From Candidatus Omnitrophota bacterium (GTDB lineage: Bacteria; Omnitrophota; Gorgyraeia; Gorgyraeales; Gorgyraeaceae): a DNA stretch of 63,806 bases. Shown here one piece after another: positions 55,626 through 63,806 of this stretch. Position numbers and translations under genes: made by a program. The notes under the pieces are model-generated. The model searched no databases. It had not been told where the DNA came from and saw only the letters and a program-made list of their open reading frames with translations. Each line of letters starts with the position of its first letter. Position 1 is the first letter of the stretch. The stretch lies in assembly GCA_018819285.1 (NCBI GenBank), contig JAHJQM010000058.1, forward strand, positions 1-63,806, written 5' to 3'.

Positions 55626-56336
55626 ATGTTTAATCAGGCACTTTATGCATTTATGGGAGCATTTTTTGCGTTTTTATTTGTGCGAATAGGAGAAATGCTA
55701 ACCAAGCTTTATGAGCGAGAAGTAAAAAATTATAATGCTTTAATTAGGCTTGAGTATTCTTGTAATGAAAATGTTGATAGTATCTCTAATAATATTTGGA
55801 TTATAGAAGATTTTGTTTCTATTATGGATGCTGGGTTAAATAGTAATCAACCAGTGATATATGCCAATAAGATGCATCTCATTAAATTTGATGATAACAT
55901 TTTATTAAATTTAAGCAGCATAGACTTTATAAACAAAATCTTCGATTTCAAGATAACATTAAGTAGAGTTAATAACGACATAGATACTCTCAACTCTATG
56001 GGAGAGAATTTTAAGGGTAATTTAATGCAAGGGAATATAAATTATGATACATATAAGATAAATATGCGTAATCTTATAGCCAAGTCGCTGGAACTCAAGA
56101 AATTCTTAAAAAGTCTAGAATCAAAAACTGTTGGAATAGTTGCCTGTGCTGAAGTTTTATCGAAGAAACAGAAGCCCCTTTTTACAAGAATTATGCACTT
56201 TATGTGTTGTAAAAGAGCATTTTCCAAAAAATTTGATGAAGAAGTTAAAGCACAGATTATTCAAATTGAGAAAGATAGAGCTCAGATATCAACAAAAAGC
56301 CAAGAAGAAATTAATGAGATTAAGCGAGGAGGTTAG
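55626..56336 (+). CDS. Uncharacterised N-terminally membrane-anchored protein (gene 2 of pair)
   Basis: 236 aa. One N-terminal TM helix (ALYAFMGAFFAFLFVRIG), then a Asn/Ile-rich soluble region and a charged C-terminal helix. It starts 8 nt after gene 1. Confidence 0.4.
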   Translation: MFNQALYAFMGAFFAFLFVRIGEMLTKLYEREVKNYNALIRLEYSCNENVDSISNNIWIIEDFVSIMDAGLNSNQPVIYANKMHLIKFDDNILLNLSSIDFINKIFDFKITLSRVNNDIDTLNSMGENFKGNLMQGNINYDTYKINMRNLIAKSLELKKFLKSLESKTVGIVACAEVLSKKQKPLFTRIMHFMCCKRAFSKKFDEEVKAQIIQIEKDRAQISTKSQEEINEIKRGG

Positions 56337-56518
56337 CCATTTAACATGTAGGGCGTTGTAAAACTCATCCCATACGAGAAGCAATTTCATAGTAAACAAT
56401 CCTCCCCCTATTATTTTTGTATATCCCAAGCATAAAAATACTATAATAAACAATCGTTCGATTATTTAATGGCTAAACAGCAGAAAAAGAGTAGGTAGCA
56501 AGCAATTCAAACTTGAAG

Positions 56519-56547
56519 TTGACAATGTATTACCACAATACTAAGAT
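56519..56547 (+). promoter_or_regulatory. Candidate promoter of the helicase gene
   Basis: TTGACA at 56519-56524, a 17-nt spacer, then TAAGAT at 56542-56547. An AGGTGG RBS and the ATG at 56597 follow. Confidence 0.45.
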
Positions 56548-56596
56548 GATTAGTATGATCGGTGCGTAAATATGGTAATTAAATAGGTGGAAAAAT

Positions 56597-58513
56597 ATGG
56601 CTTGGGATACTGGTTTAAGTGGAAAAACATTAGATATTGCTAGATACAACGGGCCTTCTCTGTGTATTTTTGCAGGACCGGGAACGGGGAAGACCTTTTC
56701 GCTAATGAGAAGGATTGCAAGATTACTAGAAGAGGGTGCTGACCCGGGGGAAATTTTATTGGTAACTTTTACACGGTTAGCCGCAAGAGACCTTATTAAA
56801 AAGGTAAATGAGCTAGGGATAGTTGGTGCTGAAAGAATAAATGCCACAACCTTGCACTCCCTGGCTTTCTCTATCCTTATTAGGACTAACGTTATGAGTG
56901 CGACTCAGAGAATTCCAAGATCAATATTGAAACACGAACAACTTCCTTTAATACATGACTTAAAGAAACAAGGGTTGGGGACTATTACAACACTGAGAAA
57001 GGATGTTAGAGCGTTTGAAAGTGCTTGGGCAAGATTGCAAGATGATGAGCCAGGATGGCCAACGAATGGACACGATAGAGCAGTAAATAATCATCTTCTG
57101 TCTTGGCTCAAGTTTCACAAAGCCATACTTATTGGAGAATTAGTGCCGCTTACCTTGAGATATTTGCGCAACAATCCTGTGAATGAATATTTGTCGAAAT
57201 TTGAACATGTAATTGTTGATGAATATCAAGACTTAAACAAGGCAGAGCAGGAATTGGTGAAAATTTTAGGAAGAAGTAGCAATATTACAATTGCAGGCGA
57301 TGATGATCAATCAATCTATAGTTTCAAATTTGCTCATCCAGAAGGTGTCATTGAATTTAGTTCAGATGTGCCAAATACTCACACTGAGATATTAGAAACT
57401 TGCCGTAGATGCCCAAAGAAAGTGATAATACTCGCCTCGAATCTGATACATAATAATTCTATAAGACATGAGAAAGCACTTTTGCCGCTTGATTCAAATC
57501 CAGATGGAGAAGTTATGATTTTGCAATGGCGAGGAATCAGAAAGGAAGCAAACGGAATTGCTCGTTTAGTAAAATACTATACAGAGGATGTGGGTATTCC
57601 GCTTGGACAAGTTCTTATTCTTGTTCAAAGGAAAGAATTGGCGAAGTATATAGAAGAAGAACTAGCTAGCTTACATATGTCTTATTCAAGTTATTATTCG
57701 GATAGTTCATTAGAGGATCCCGCACTAAGAAGTAAATATGCTTTGCTATGTTTACTCGCTGATTCAAATGATTTAGTAGCATTGCGTAATTGGCTAGCCG
57801 TAGATTCTTCAACTTTGAATGTGACCGAGTATTCCAAGTTAATGGCATATTGCCAACGTGAAGGGCGGTCTCCAAAAGAAGCTTTGGAAGGACTGGTTAA
57901 CCAGACTATTACAATCGCAGGCACTGAAAAAATAAAGAATAGCTACAATTTGTTAAATACGGAGATCGCTAGATTATCTGGACTTAGCGCAGAAGATGTA
58001 GTGAATGATTTGTTCCCGGAGGGCGAGGAGATTTTAAGTAGTCTTCGGAAACTAGCGTTATCAATAATTGCCTCCGGCATCACAACTGAGGAGCTTGCAA
58101 AGTCAGTAAGAGAACAGCTAATTCAGCCAGAGATAGAAGAGGAGCGGCTTGATATTAGTATAATGAGTCTCCATAAGGCTAAAGGATTAGAAGCAGAATT
58201 AGTTATCATAGCAAATTGTGTTGAGGGGTTATTGCCTTACATAGATAATTATGTGGGTTCTGTAGAGCAACAAAAACAACTTGAAGAGAGTCGTAGATTG
58301 TTTTATGTAGGGATGACCAGAACAAAACGCTATCTTATCTTATCAAATTGTACCTATATGAAAAAAGGAGACGCAATGGCCATGCGTGTTGGATATAGCG
58401 GTAGCGGCAGTAATGTTGCTCTTCAAACCAGTAGATTTATTTCAGAGGACTTGGGTCCTGAAAAGCCAGATGTAGAGCTTGGAGAAGATAAGCTTGCCGA
58501 GCTAGAGATTTAA
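56597..58513 (+). CDS. UvrD/PcrA/Rep-like superfamily 1 DNA helicase (short, stand-alone)
   Basis: Walker A AGPGTGKTF, motif II VDEYQDLN, motif III GDDDQSIYSF, and the C-terminal SLHKAKGLEAELVII and YVGMTRTKRYLIL. Confidence 0.9.
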   Translation: MAWDTGLSGKTLDIARYNGPSLCIFAGPGTGKTFSLMRRIARLLEEGADPGEILLVTFTRLAARDLIKKVNELGIVGAERINATTLHSLAFSILIRTNVMSATQRIPRSILKHEQLPLIHDLKKQGLGTITTLRKDVRAFESAWARLQDDEPGWPTNGHDRAVNNHLLSWLKFHKAILIGELVPLTLRYLRNNPVNEYLSKFEHVIVDEYQDLNKAEQELVKILGRSSNITIAGDDDQSIYSFKFAHPEGVIEFSSDVPNTHTEILETCRRCPKKVIILASNLIHNNSIRHEKALLPLDSNPDGEVMILQWRGIRKEANGIARLVKYYTEDVGIPLGQVLILVQRKELAKYIEEELASLHMSYSSYYSDSSLEDPALRSKYALLCLLADSNDLVALRNWLAVDSSTLNVTEYSKLMAYCQREGRSPKEALEGLVNQTITIAGTEKIKNSYNLLNTEIARLSGLSAEDVVNDLFPEGEEILSSLRKLALSIIASGITTEELAKSVREQLIQPEIEEERLDISIMSLHKAKGLEAELVIIANCVEGLLPYIDNYVGSVEQQKQLEESRRLFYVGMTRTKRYLILSNCTYMKKGDAMAMRVGYSGSGSNVALQTSRFISEDLGPEKPDVELGEDKLAELEI

Positions 58514-58596
58514 GTAAGCAGTGACCAACGGTGCTCAATGTTCGCCTAAGGTAGTATCTCAGCCTGTCCTATATTCTCCTTGACCTACTCCAAATA

Positions 58597-58614
58597 GTGT
58601 TATAAAGTGTTATA
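58597..58614 (+). promoter_or_regulatory. Tandem GTGTTATA operator-like repeat upstream of the HTH/hsdM genes
   Basis: GTGTTATA at 58597-58604 and 58607-58614. It ends 2 nt before the HTH gene ATG. A TTGACC lies at 58580-58585. Confidence 0.45.
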
Positions 58615-58616
58615 TT

Positions 58617-58799
58617 ATGACCCTCATACGAAACCTCGAAAAATATCGCCTTGAGCATAAAATTACCCAGGAACAACTCGCAAAAGAATTAGGTGTTGCA
58701 TTTGCTACTGTTAATCGCTGGCTGAATGGTAAGTATAAACCGAGAAAAATTCAGCAGTATCATATTGAAAAACTATTAAAAAGGGGGAACAGTGTTTGA
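58617..58799 (+). CDS. Small XRE-type HTH protein (controller-like) preceding hsdM
   Basis: [31 protein letters not shown] is a canonical HTH. 60 aa. Its end overlaps the hsdM GTG start by 8 nt. Confidence 0.7.
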   Translation: MTLIRNLEKYRLEHKITQEQLAKELGVAFATVNRWLNGKYKPRKIQQYHIEKLLKRGNSV

Positions 58800-60243
58800 G
58801 CAAACTTTTAAAAATATAGACGATATTCTTCACAAGGATGCCGGGTGCAGTAGCGAACTGGACTATGTGGAGCAGACCTCATGGATTCTTTTCCTGAAAT
58901 ATCTGGACGATCTTGAAAAGGATAAAAAAACTGCAGCAAAGCTGGCAAGCAAGACCTACTCAAACATCATTAGTTCGGAGTTTCAATGGGAAGTCTGGGC
59001 ATTTCCTAAAGACAAAGACGGTAAGCTTGATCATCATAAAGCGCTCACCGGAGATGATCTGAAGGATTTTGTTGACCATAAATTGTTTTCTTACTTGAAG
59101 AAGTTTAAGGTCGGTGCCGAAAGCGCCGACACTATCGAATACAAGATTGGTGAGATCTTTAGCGAGCTTAAAAACAGAATCCAGAGTGGCTATAATATGC
59201 GCGAAGTCATCAATTTAATAGATGATCTTCGTTTTCGTTCCCATGCTGAAAAACATGAGATGTCGCATCTGTATGAAGATAAGATTAAGAACATGGGTAA
59301 CGCGGGTAGAAACGGTGGAGAATATTACACGCCCCGGCCGCTTATTAAAACCATCGTTAAGGTTGTTGCGCCAGAAGTTGGAAGTAAGATTTATGATGGT
59401 GCGGTGGGTTCGGCAGGATTTTTGTGCGAAGCCTTTGAATATCTCAAAACCAGCAAGAACCTGACCACCAAAGACGCTGATACCTTACAGAAGAAAACTT
59501 TATATGGCAAAGAGAAAAAACCACTCGCCTACATTATCGGCACAATGAATATGATTTTGCACGGCGTAGAAGCTCCTAATATTGTGCATACAAACACGCT
59601 TGCCGAGAGCCTAGCTGATATTCAAGAAAAAGACCGATATGATATCGTTCTTGCTAATCCGCCTTTCGGCGGTAAGGAGCGCAAGGAAGTGCAGCAGAAC
59701 TTCCCCATAAAAAGTAGCGAAACAGCCTTTTTGTTTCTACAGCATTTCATTAAGATTCTAAAAGCTGGTGGTAGAGCTGGCGTGGTAATCAAGAATACTT
59801 TTCTTTCTAATACTGATAATGCTTCAGTTAGTTTGCGTAAACTGTTGCTGGAGAGTTGTAATTTACATACGATGCTTAATCTTCCTCGCGGTGTGTTTTC
59901 TGCAGGAGGGCAAACAGTAGTTCTTTTCTTTGAAAAGGGCATTCCAACAAGAAAGATTTGGTATTACAAGCTTGATCCTAAAAGAAACTTAGGTAAAACT
60001 AATTCGCTTAGTGAGAAAGATTTAGAAGAGTTTATGACGCTTCAAAAGACTAAAGCCAATTCTGACAATTCATGGGCAATTGATGTTTCCGACATTGATA
60101 AAGAAACATTTGATCTATCGGTGAATAATCCGCATAAGAAAGAAACAGTAGCCTTGCGTGAGCCAAAAAAGATTTTGGATGAGATGAAAGAGATGGATGA
60201 AGAAGCTGCGGAAATAATGAAGAGAATTCGAGGGTTGGTATGA
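58792..60243 (+). CDS. hsdM: Type I restriction-modification system methyltransferase subunit
   Basis: The HsdM N-terminal domain pattern ([12 protein letters not shown]), the SAM motif [11 protein letters not shown] and the catalytic [11 protein letters not shown] start after AAGGGGG. Confidence 0.9.
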   Translation: MFEQTFKNIDDILHKDAGCSSELDYVEQTSWILFLKYLDDLEKDKKTAAKLASKTYSNIISSEFQWEVWAFPKDKDGKLDHHKALTGDDLKDFVDHKLFSYLKKFKVGAESADTIEYKIGEIFSELKNRIQSGYNMREVINLIDDLRFRSHAEKHEMSHLYEDKIKNMGNAGRNGGEYYTPRPLIKTIVKVVAPEVGSKIYDGAVGSAGFLCEAFEYLKTSKNLTTKDADTLQKKTLYGKEKKPLAYIIGTMNMILHGVEAPNIVHTNTLAESLADIQEKDRYDIVLANPPFGGKERKEVQQNFPIKSSETAFLFLQHFIKILKAGGRAGVVIKNTFLSNTDNASVSLRKLLLESCNLHTMLNLPRGVFSAGGQTVVLFFEKGIPTRKIWYYKLDPKRNLGKTNSLSEKDLEEFMTLQKTKANSDNSWAIDVSDIDKETFDLSVNNPHKKETVALREPKKILDEMKEMDEEAAEIMKRIRGLV

Positions 60244-61385
60244 AGCGCGGGTGGGAAGTAAAAAAAATATCCGAAATTGGTAATATATATAATGGCAATA
60301 GCATTAATGAAGAGGTTAAGAAAGATAAATATACTGGCATCAAAGATGGGCTACCTTACATAGCTACGAAAGATGTGAGTTATGAAAGTATTATCAATTA
60401 TGAAAATGGAGTTAAAATACCTTTTGAAGAAATAAGTTTATTCAAAATAGCTCCAAAAAATACTGTGTTAATATGTGCTGAGGGTGGGAGTGCTGGTAGA
60501 AAAATTGGTTTTACAAATCAAGATATTTGTTTTGGCAATAAATTATTTGCAACAACCACAAACAAAAATGCCGAAAGTCGTTTCGTATACTATTATTATT
60601 TTAGTTCAATCTTTCAGAAATATTTTTCAACTGAATTAGCAGGTCTTATTGGTGGTGTTTCGATGAATAAATTCAAGGATATCGAAATCCCCTTACCATC
60701 GCTCACTGAACAACAACGCATCGTAGCTGTTCTGGATAAGGTTTTTGTCACTTTGGCTAAGGCAAAGGAAAGCGTCGAAAAGAACCTGCAAAATAATCGT
60801 GAACTTTTTAATTCGTATCTGCAAAGTGTCTTTGTAGATTCTGGGATAGGCTGGGAAAAGAAGAAGCTGGGGGAGGTTGTAAAATTAGAATACGGAAAGC
60901 CTTTACCCGATGATAAAAGAATTCCAAATGGCAAATATCCGGTTTATGGTGCTAACGGGGAAAAAGATAGAACCGATGAATTTTATTATGATAAGCCAAG
61001 TATTATTGTGGGCCGAAAAGGTTCTGCTGGCGAGGTCAATCTTACTGAAAAAAGATTCTGGCCTTTAGATGTAACTTATTTTGTGACATTCGATGACAAG
61101 AAATACACCTTGGAGTTTCTCCATAATTTGCTATTAACACTTAATCTGCGAAAGCTTGCAAAGGGCGTAAAGCCGGGCATTAACCGCAATGAGGTTTATG
61201 AAATTAGAGTAAATATTCCGCCTATTCCCGAACAAAAACGCATTGTTGTAAAATTCGTTGCCCTTTCTGGTGAAACAAAGAAACTTGAAGCTATATACCA
61301 AAAGAAATTGATTGATCTTGAGGAATTGAAGAAGTCAATATTACAAAAAGCCTTTGCAGGTGAACTTACGGGAGCATGTTCATGA
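60240..61385 (+). CDS. hsdS: Type I restriction-modification system specificity subunit
   Basis: Two target-recognition halves, each followed by the conserved helix (PSLTEQQRIVAVLDKVF and PPIPEQKRIVVKFVAL). ATGA overlap with hsdM. Confidence 0.9.
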   Translation: MKRGWEVKKISEIGNIYNGNSINEEVKKDKYTGIKDGLPYIATKDVSYESIINYENGVKIPFEEISLFKIAPKNTVLICAEGGSAGRKIGFTNQDICFGNKLFATTTNKNAESRFVYYYYFSSIFQKYFSTELAGLIGGVSMNKFKDIEIPLPSLTEQQRIVAVLDKVFVTLAKAKESVEKNLQNNRELFNSYLQSVFVDSGIGWEKKKLGEVVKLEYGKPLPDDKRIPNGKYPVYGANGEKDRTDEFYYDKPSIIVGRKGSAGEVNLTEKRFWPLDVTYFVTFDDKKYTLEFLHNLLLTLNLRKLAKGVKPGINRNEVYEIRVNIPPIPEQKRIVVKFVALSGETKKLEAIYQKKLIDLEELKKSILQKAFAGELTGACS

Positions 61386-63766
61386 ACGAAGCCGAAACCA
61401 GAGCAGAATATATTGATCCTAAGCTAAAAGTCAGCGGTTGGGGCGTCTTAGATGGCACAAAAGTCCTGCGTGAATATAAAATTACTTTAGGGAAAATCCA
61501 AACTGGCGGAGGTCGCGCCAAACCTTTGAGCGCTGATTATGTGCTTGTTTATAAGGGCCGTAAACTTGCTGTTGTTGAGGCCAAGAGCGATGAGCAAGAG
61601 GTTGGCGAAGGTGTTGCCCAAGCTAAGAACTATGCTGAAATTATGCATCTTGATACTACCTATGCCAGTAATGGTAAAGAGATTTACCAAATCTGCATGA
61701 AAACCGGCAAGGAAGGGTTGCTTACCGATTTCCCATCACCTATTGATCTCTGGAATAAAACCTTTGCAATTCAAAATCAATGGCAAGATAAATTCAATCA
61801 GGTTCCATTTGAAGATGTTGGTGGCACAAAAGATGTTCGCTACTATCAAGAGATAGCCGTCAATAATACAATGAAAGCCATCGCTGATAACAAACAGCGT
61901 ATTTTGCTTACTATGGCAACAGGCACAGGCAAGACATTTATTGCCTTTCAAATAGCGTGGAAACTTTATCAAACTCGCTGGAACTTAAAGCGCGATGGAA
62001 GCCGCAGGCCACGTATCTTGTTTCTTACCGATAGAAATATCCTGGCTGATCAAGCATTCAACGCCTTTTCGGCATTTCCTGAAGACGCATTAGTGAGGAT
62101 AAGCCCCAAAGAGATCAGCAAAAAAGGTGGCGTTCCAACTAATGGCAGTATTTTCTTTACTATTTTTCAGACCTTTATGAGTGGTAAGGATAAAGATGGT
62201 AACTCTGCGCCTTATTTTGGTAGCTATCCGGCTGATTATTTTGACTTTATCATTATCGATGAATGTCATCGCGGCGGCGCAAACGATGAAGGTAATTGGC
62301 GCGGTATTATGGAATACTTTTCGCCTGCTGTTCAACTTGGCTTAACAGCTACACCCCGGCGCGAAGAGAACAGGGATACGTATGAATATTTTGGCGATCC
62401 GGTATACATCTATTCGCTTAAAGAGGGTATTAACGACGGATTTCTGACACCATTCAAAGTAAAACGGATCAAGACCACGATAGACGATTATGTCTATGTT
62501 TCGGATGACCAAATTATTGAAGGTGAGATAGAGCAAGGCAAAATCTATACAGAACCCGATTTTAATAGAATTATAGAGATCAAGGAGCGCGAAGCTAAGC
62601 GAGTGAAGATATTCCTTTCCGAAATTAATCAGAATGAAAAGTCTATTGTCTTTTGTGCAACACAGGATCATGCGATGGCGGTGCGGGATTTAGTCAACCA
62701 ATATAAACAAAGCAAAGAACCTAATTACTGCGTGCGCGTTACCGCTAATGATGGCGCATTGGGCGATCAATATCTACGCCAATTTCAGGATAACGAAAAG
62801 ACAACCCCAACAATTCTTACAACTTCGCAAAAGCTATCTACGGGTGTAGATGCTCGGAATATTCGCAATATTATACTCATGCGTCCGGTCAATTCAATGA
62901 TTGAGTTTAAGCAGATCATAGGTCGTGGCACACGGTTATTTGATGGGAAAGAGTATTTCACTATTTATGACTTTGTGGACGCGTATCATCATTTTGCTGA
63001 TCCAGAATGGGATGGCGAGCCTGTAGCCGAAGTTTGTGCTAAATGCGGTCAAGAGCCCTGTGTATGCGTAAAAAAACCGCCTCGGCTCTGTCCTGTATGT
63101 GGTAAAAGACCGTGTGAATGCATAAAAGAGCCACCTCCTATTTGTCCCAAGTGTGGGAAAAGTCCCTGTGAATGTCCTGCAAAAGTAAAAATAAAACTTC
63201 GAGATGGTAAAGAACGTGAAATTCAGCACATGATCTCGACCTCGTTTTGGAGTGCAGATGGTAAGCCGATTTCAGCAGAAGAGTTTGTGCAAGGAATGTT
63301 CGGCACTTTGCCGGAATTATTCAAAAGCGAAGCCGAGCTACGCAAGATCTGGTCTAATCCCATTACGCGCAAGGCATTGCTTGTAAAACTCTTCGATGCT
63401 GGATATGGTGCAGATGTTTTAGTTAGCTTACAGAAATTGATTAACGCTGAGAAAAGCGACCTATTTGATGTGCTCGAATATGTTTCCTTTGCCGTGAAGC
63501 CAATTACCAGGGAAATGCGAGTAGCTCAGGCGCAGTCGAGAATTTTTGAGGGATTAAATAATAAACAAAAAGAATTTTTGGAGTTTGTTCTCTCTAAATA
63601 CATTGAAACCGGTGTTGAGGAGCTTGATCAGGAGAAGCTCCCGGATCTTCTGACCCTGAAATATCAGGCAATACGTGATGCTGAAGAAATGCTGGGAGGT
63701 GTTGATAATATCCGCGCTACTTTTATTGATTTTCAAAAATATTTGTATGAGAAAGTAGTGGCATAA
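61376..63766 (+). CDS. hsdR: Type I restriction enzyme endonuclease/translocase subunit with C-terminal triple Cys-knuckle insert
   Basis: The N-terminal NEAETRAEYIDPKL nuclease-domain start. Helicase motifs MATGTGKTF, IIDECHRGG, GLTATPRR and QIIGRGTR. An EcoEI-R-type C-terminal region. Confidence 0.9.
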   Translation: MFMNEAETRAEYIDPKLKVSGWGVLDGTKVLREYKITLGKIQTGGGRAKPLSADYVLVYKGRKLAVVEAKSDEQEVGEGVAQAKNYAEIMHLDTTYASNGKEIYQICMKTGKEGLLTDFPSPIDLWNKTFAIQNQWQDKFNQVPFEDVGGTKDVRYYQEIAVNNTMKAIADNKQRILLTMATGTGKTFIAFQIAWKLYQTRWNLKRDGSRRPRILFLTDRNILADQAFNAFSAFPEDALVRISPKEISKKGGVPTNGSIFFTIFQTFMSGKDKDGNSAPYFGSYPADYFDFIIIDECHRGGANDEGNWRGIMEYFSPAVQLGLTATPRREENRDTYEYFGDPVYIYSLKEGINDGFLTPFKVKRIKTTIDDYVYVSDDQIIEGEIEQGKIYTEPDFNRIIEIKEREAKRVKIFLSEINQNEKSIVFCATQDHAMAVRDLVNQYKQSKEPNYCVRVTANDGALGDQYLRQFQDNEKTTPTILTTSQKLSTGVDARNIRNIILMRPVNSMIEFKQIIGRGTRLFDGKEYFTIYDFVDAYHHFADPEWDGEPVAEVCAKCGQEPCVCVKKPPRLCPVCGKRPCECIKEPPPICPKCGKSPCECPAKVKIKLRDGKEREIQHMISTSFWSADGKPISAEEFVQGMFGTLPELFKSEAELRKIWSNPITRKALLVKLFDAGYGADVLVSLQKLINAEKSDLFDVLEYVSFAVKPITREMRVAQAQSRIFEGLNNKQKEFLEFVLSKYIETGVEELDQEKLPDLLTLKYQAIRDAEEMLGGVDNIRATFIDFQKYLYEKVVA

Positions 63767-63768
63767 AT

Positions 63769-63806
63769 ATGGGGACAAGAGGTGAAGTAAAAGAAATTAT
63801 GGAAAA
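63769..63806 (+). CDS. Start of a further ORF (MGTRGEVKEIME...), cut by the window end
   Basis: The ATG lies 2 nt after the hsdR TAA. Only 12 codons are visible, so no call is possible. Confidence 0.2.
   Translation, partial: MGTRGEVKEIME

Larger units (their letters stand above)
52038..63806. mobile_element. Putative integrated mobile/defence island next to tRNA-Asp (right end beyond window)
   Basis: Gene content changes abruptly after the tRNA terminator. It becomes wHTH/XRE regulators, a serine recombinase, orphan ORFs, a UvrD-like helicase and type I R-M. Iteron-like repeats sit at the left edge. No attL/attR pair was identified. Confidence 0.5.

Noticed and set aside
56378-56390. GAAGCAATTTCAT, resembling the right arm of the GTCATTGCGAG...GAAGCAATCTC repeat.
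   Set aside because: Only a half-site with a mismatch, and no left arm nearby. It could be a decayed copy or chance.

Overview
About 64 kb of AT-rich bacterial chromosome. Bacterial hallmarks are lgt, rsmI, a PyrR attenuator and sigma70-type promoters. The mix of TrpB2, EndoQ, a divergent ThyA, an AmmeMemoRadiSam locus and V-type ATPases suggests an uncultivated or anaerobic lineage, but lineage cannot be determined from here. Layout: (1) 1-14.2 kb is a very AT-rich envelope-glycan locus. It holds a carbamoyltransferase (cut by the window edge), a GT-C-like membrane protein, a PP-loop ATPase, a NodB deacetylase, a secreted clan GH-A hydrolase, a GT4, an AlkP-family enzyme, cysDN and an ABC-2 exporter. 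(2) 14.3-28.4 kb holds housekeeping genes: nitroreductase, OsmC, TrpB2, HAD, NYN, ThyA-like, lgt, an AmmeMemoRadiSam locus, a membrane spermidine-synthase-like protein, glmS, rsmI and a GHL10 protein. (3) 28.4-35.9 kb is a PyrR-attenuated pyr operon (pyrR-B-C-endoQ-K-D-F-E) with no carAB. (4) 35.9-51.7 kb follows with only a 3-nt gap and holds two architecturally different V/A-type ATPase operons. The first is a 9-gene operon followed by a universal stress protein gene. The second is a compact 7-gene operon with a DUF2764-like gene. (5) tRNA-Val and tRNA-Asp plus a terminator. (6) 52-63.8 kb is a mobile/defence island. It holds short hairpin repeats, a wHTH protein, an XRE regulator, a Zn-ribbon protein plus an HTH-less small serine recombinase, a two-gene uncharacterised cassette, a stand-alone UvrD-like helicase, and a type I R-M system (C-like HTH, hsdM, hsdS, hsdR). 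Most noteworthy: (a) two small single-TM peptides sharing a C-terminal KEAKYY[RK] motif bracket the radical SAM gene amrS, and the adjacent AmrB-AmrA fusion carries a lipoprotein-type signal; (b) a 37-39-nt palindromic element sits five times exactly between a stop codon and the next RBS; (c) the two V-ATPases have c-ring subunits predicting different coupling ions; (d) an uncharacterised soluble + membrane-anchored gene pair sits next to a helicase and type I R-M; (e) HsdR carries three tandem CxxCGxxPCxC knuckles. No CRISPR array, rRNA or IS transposase was seen.
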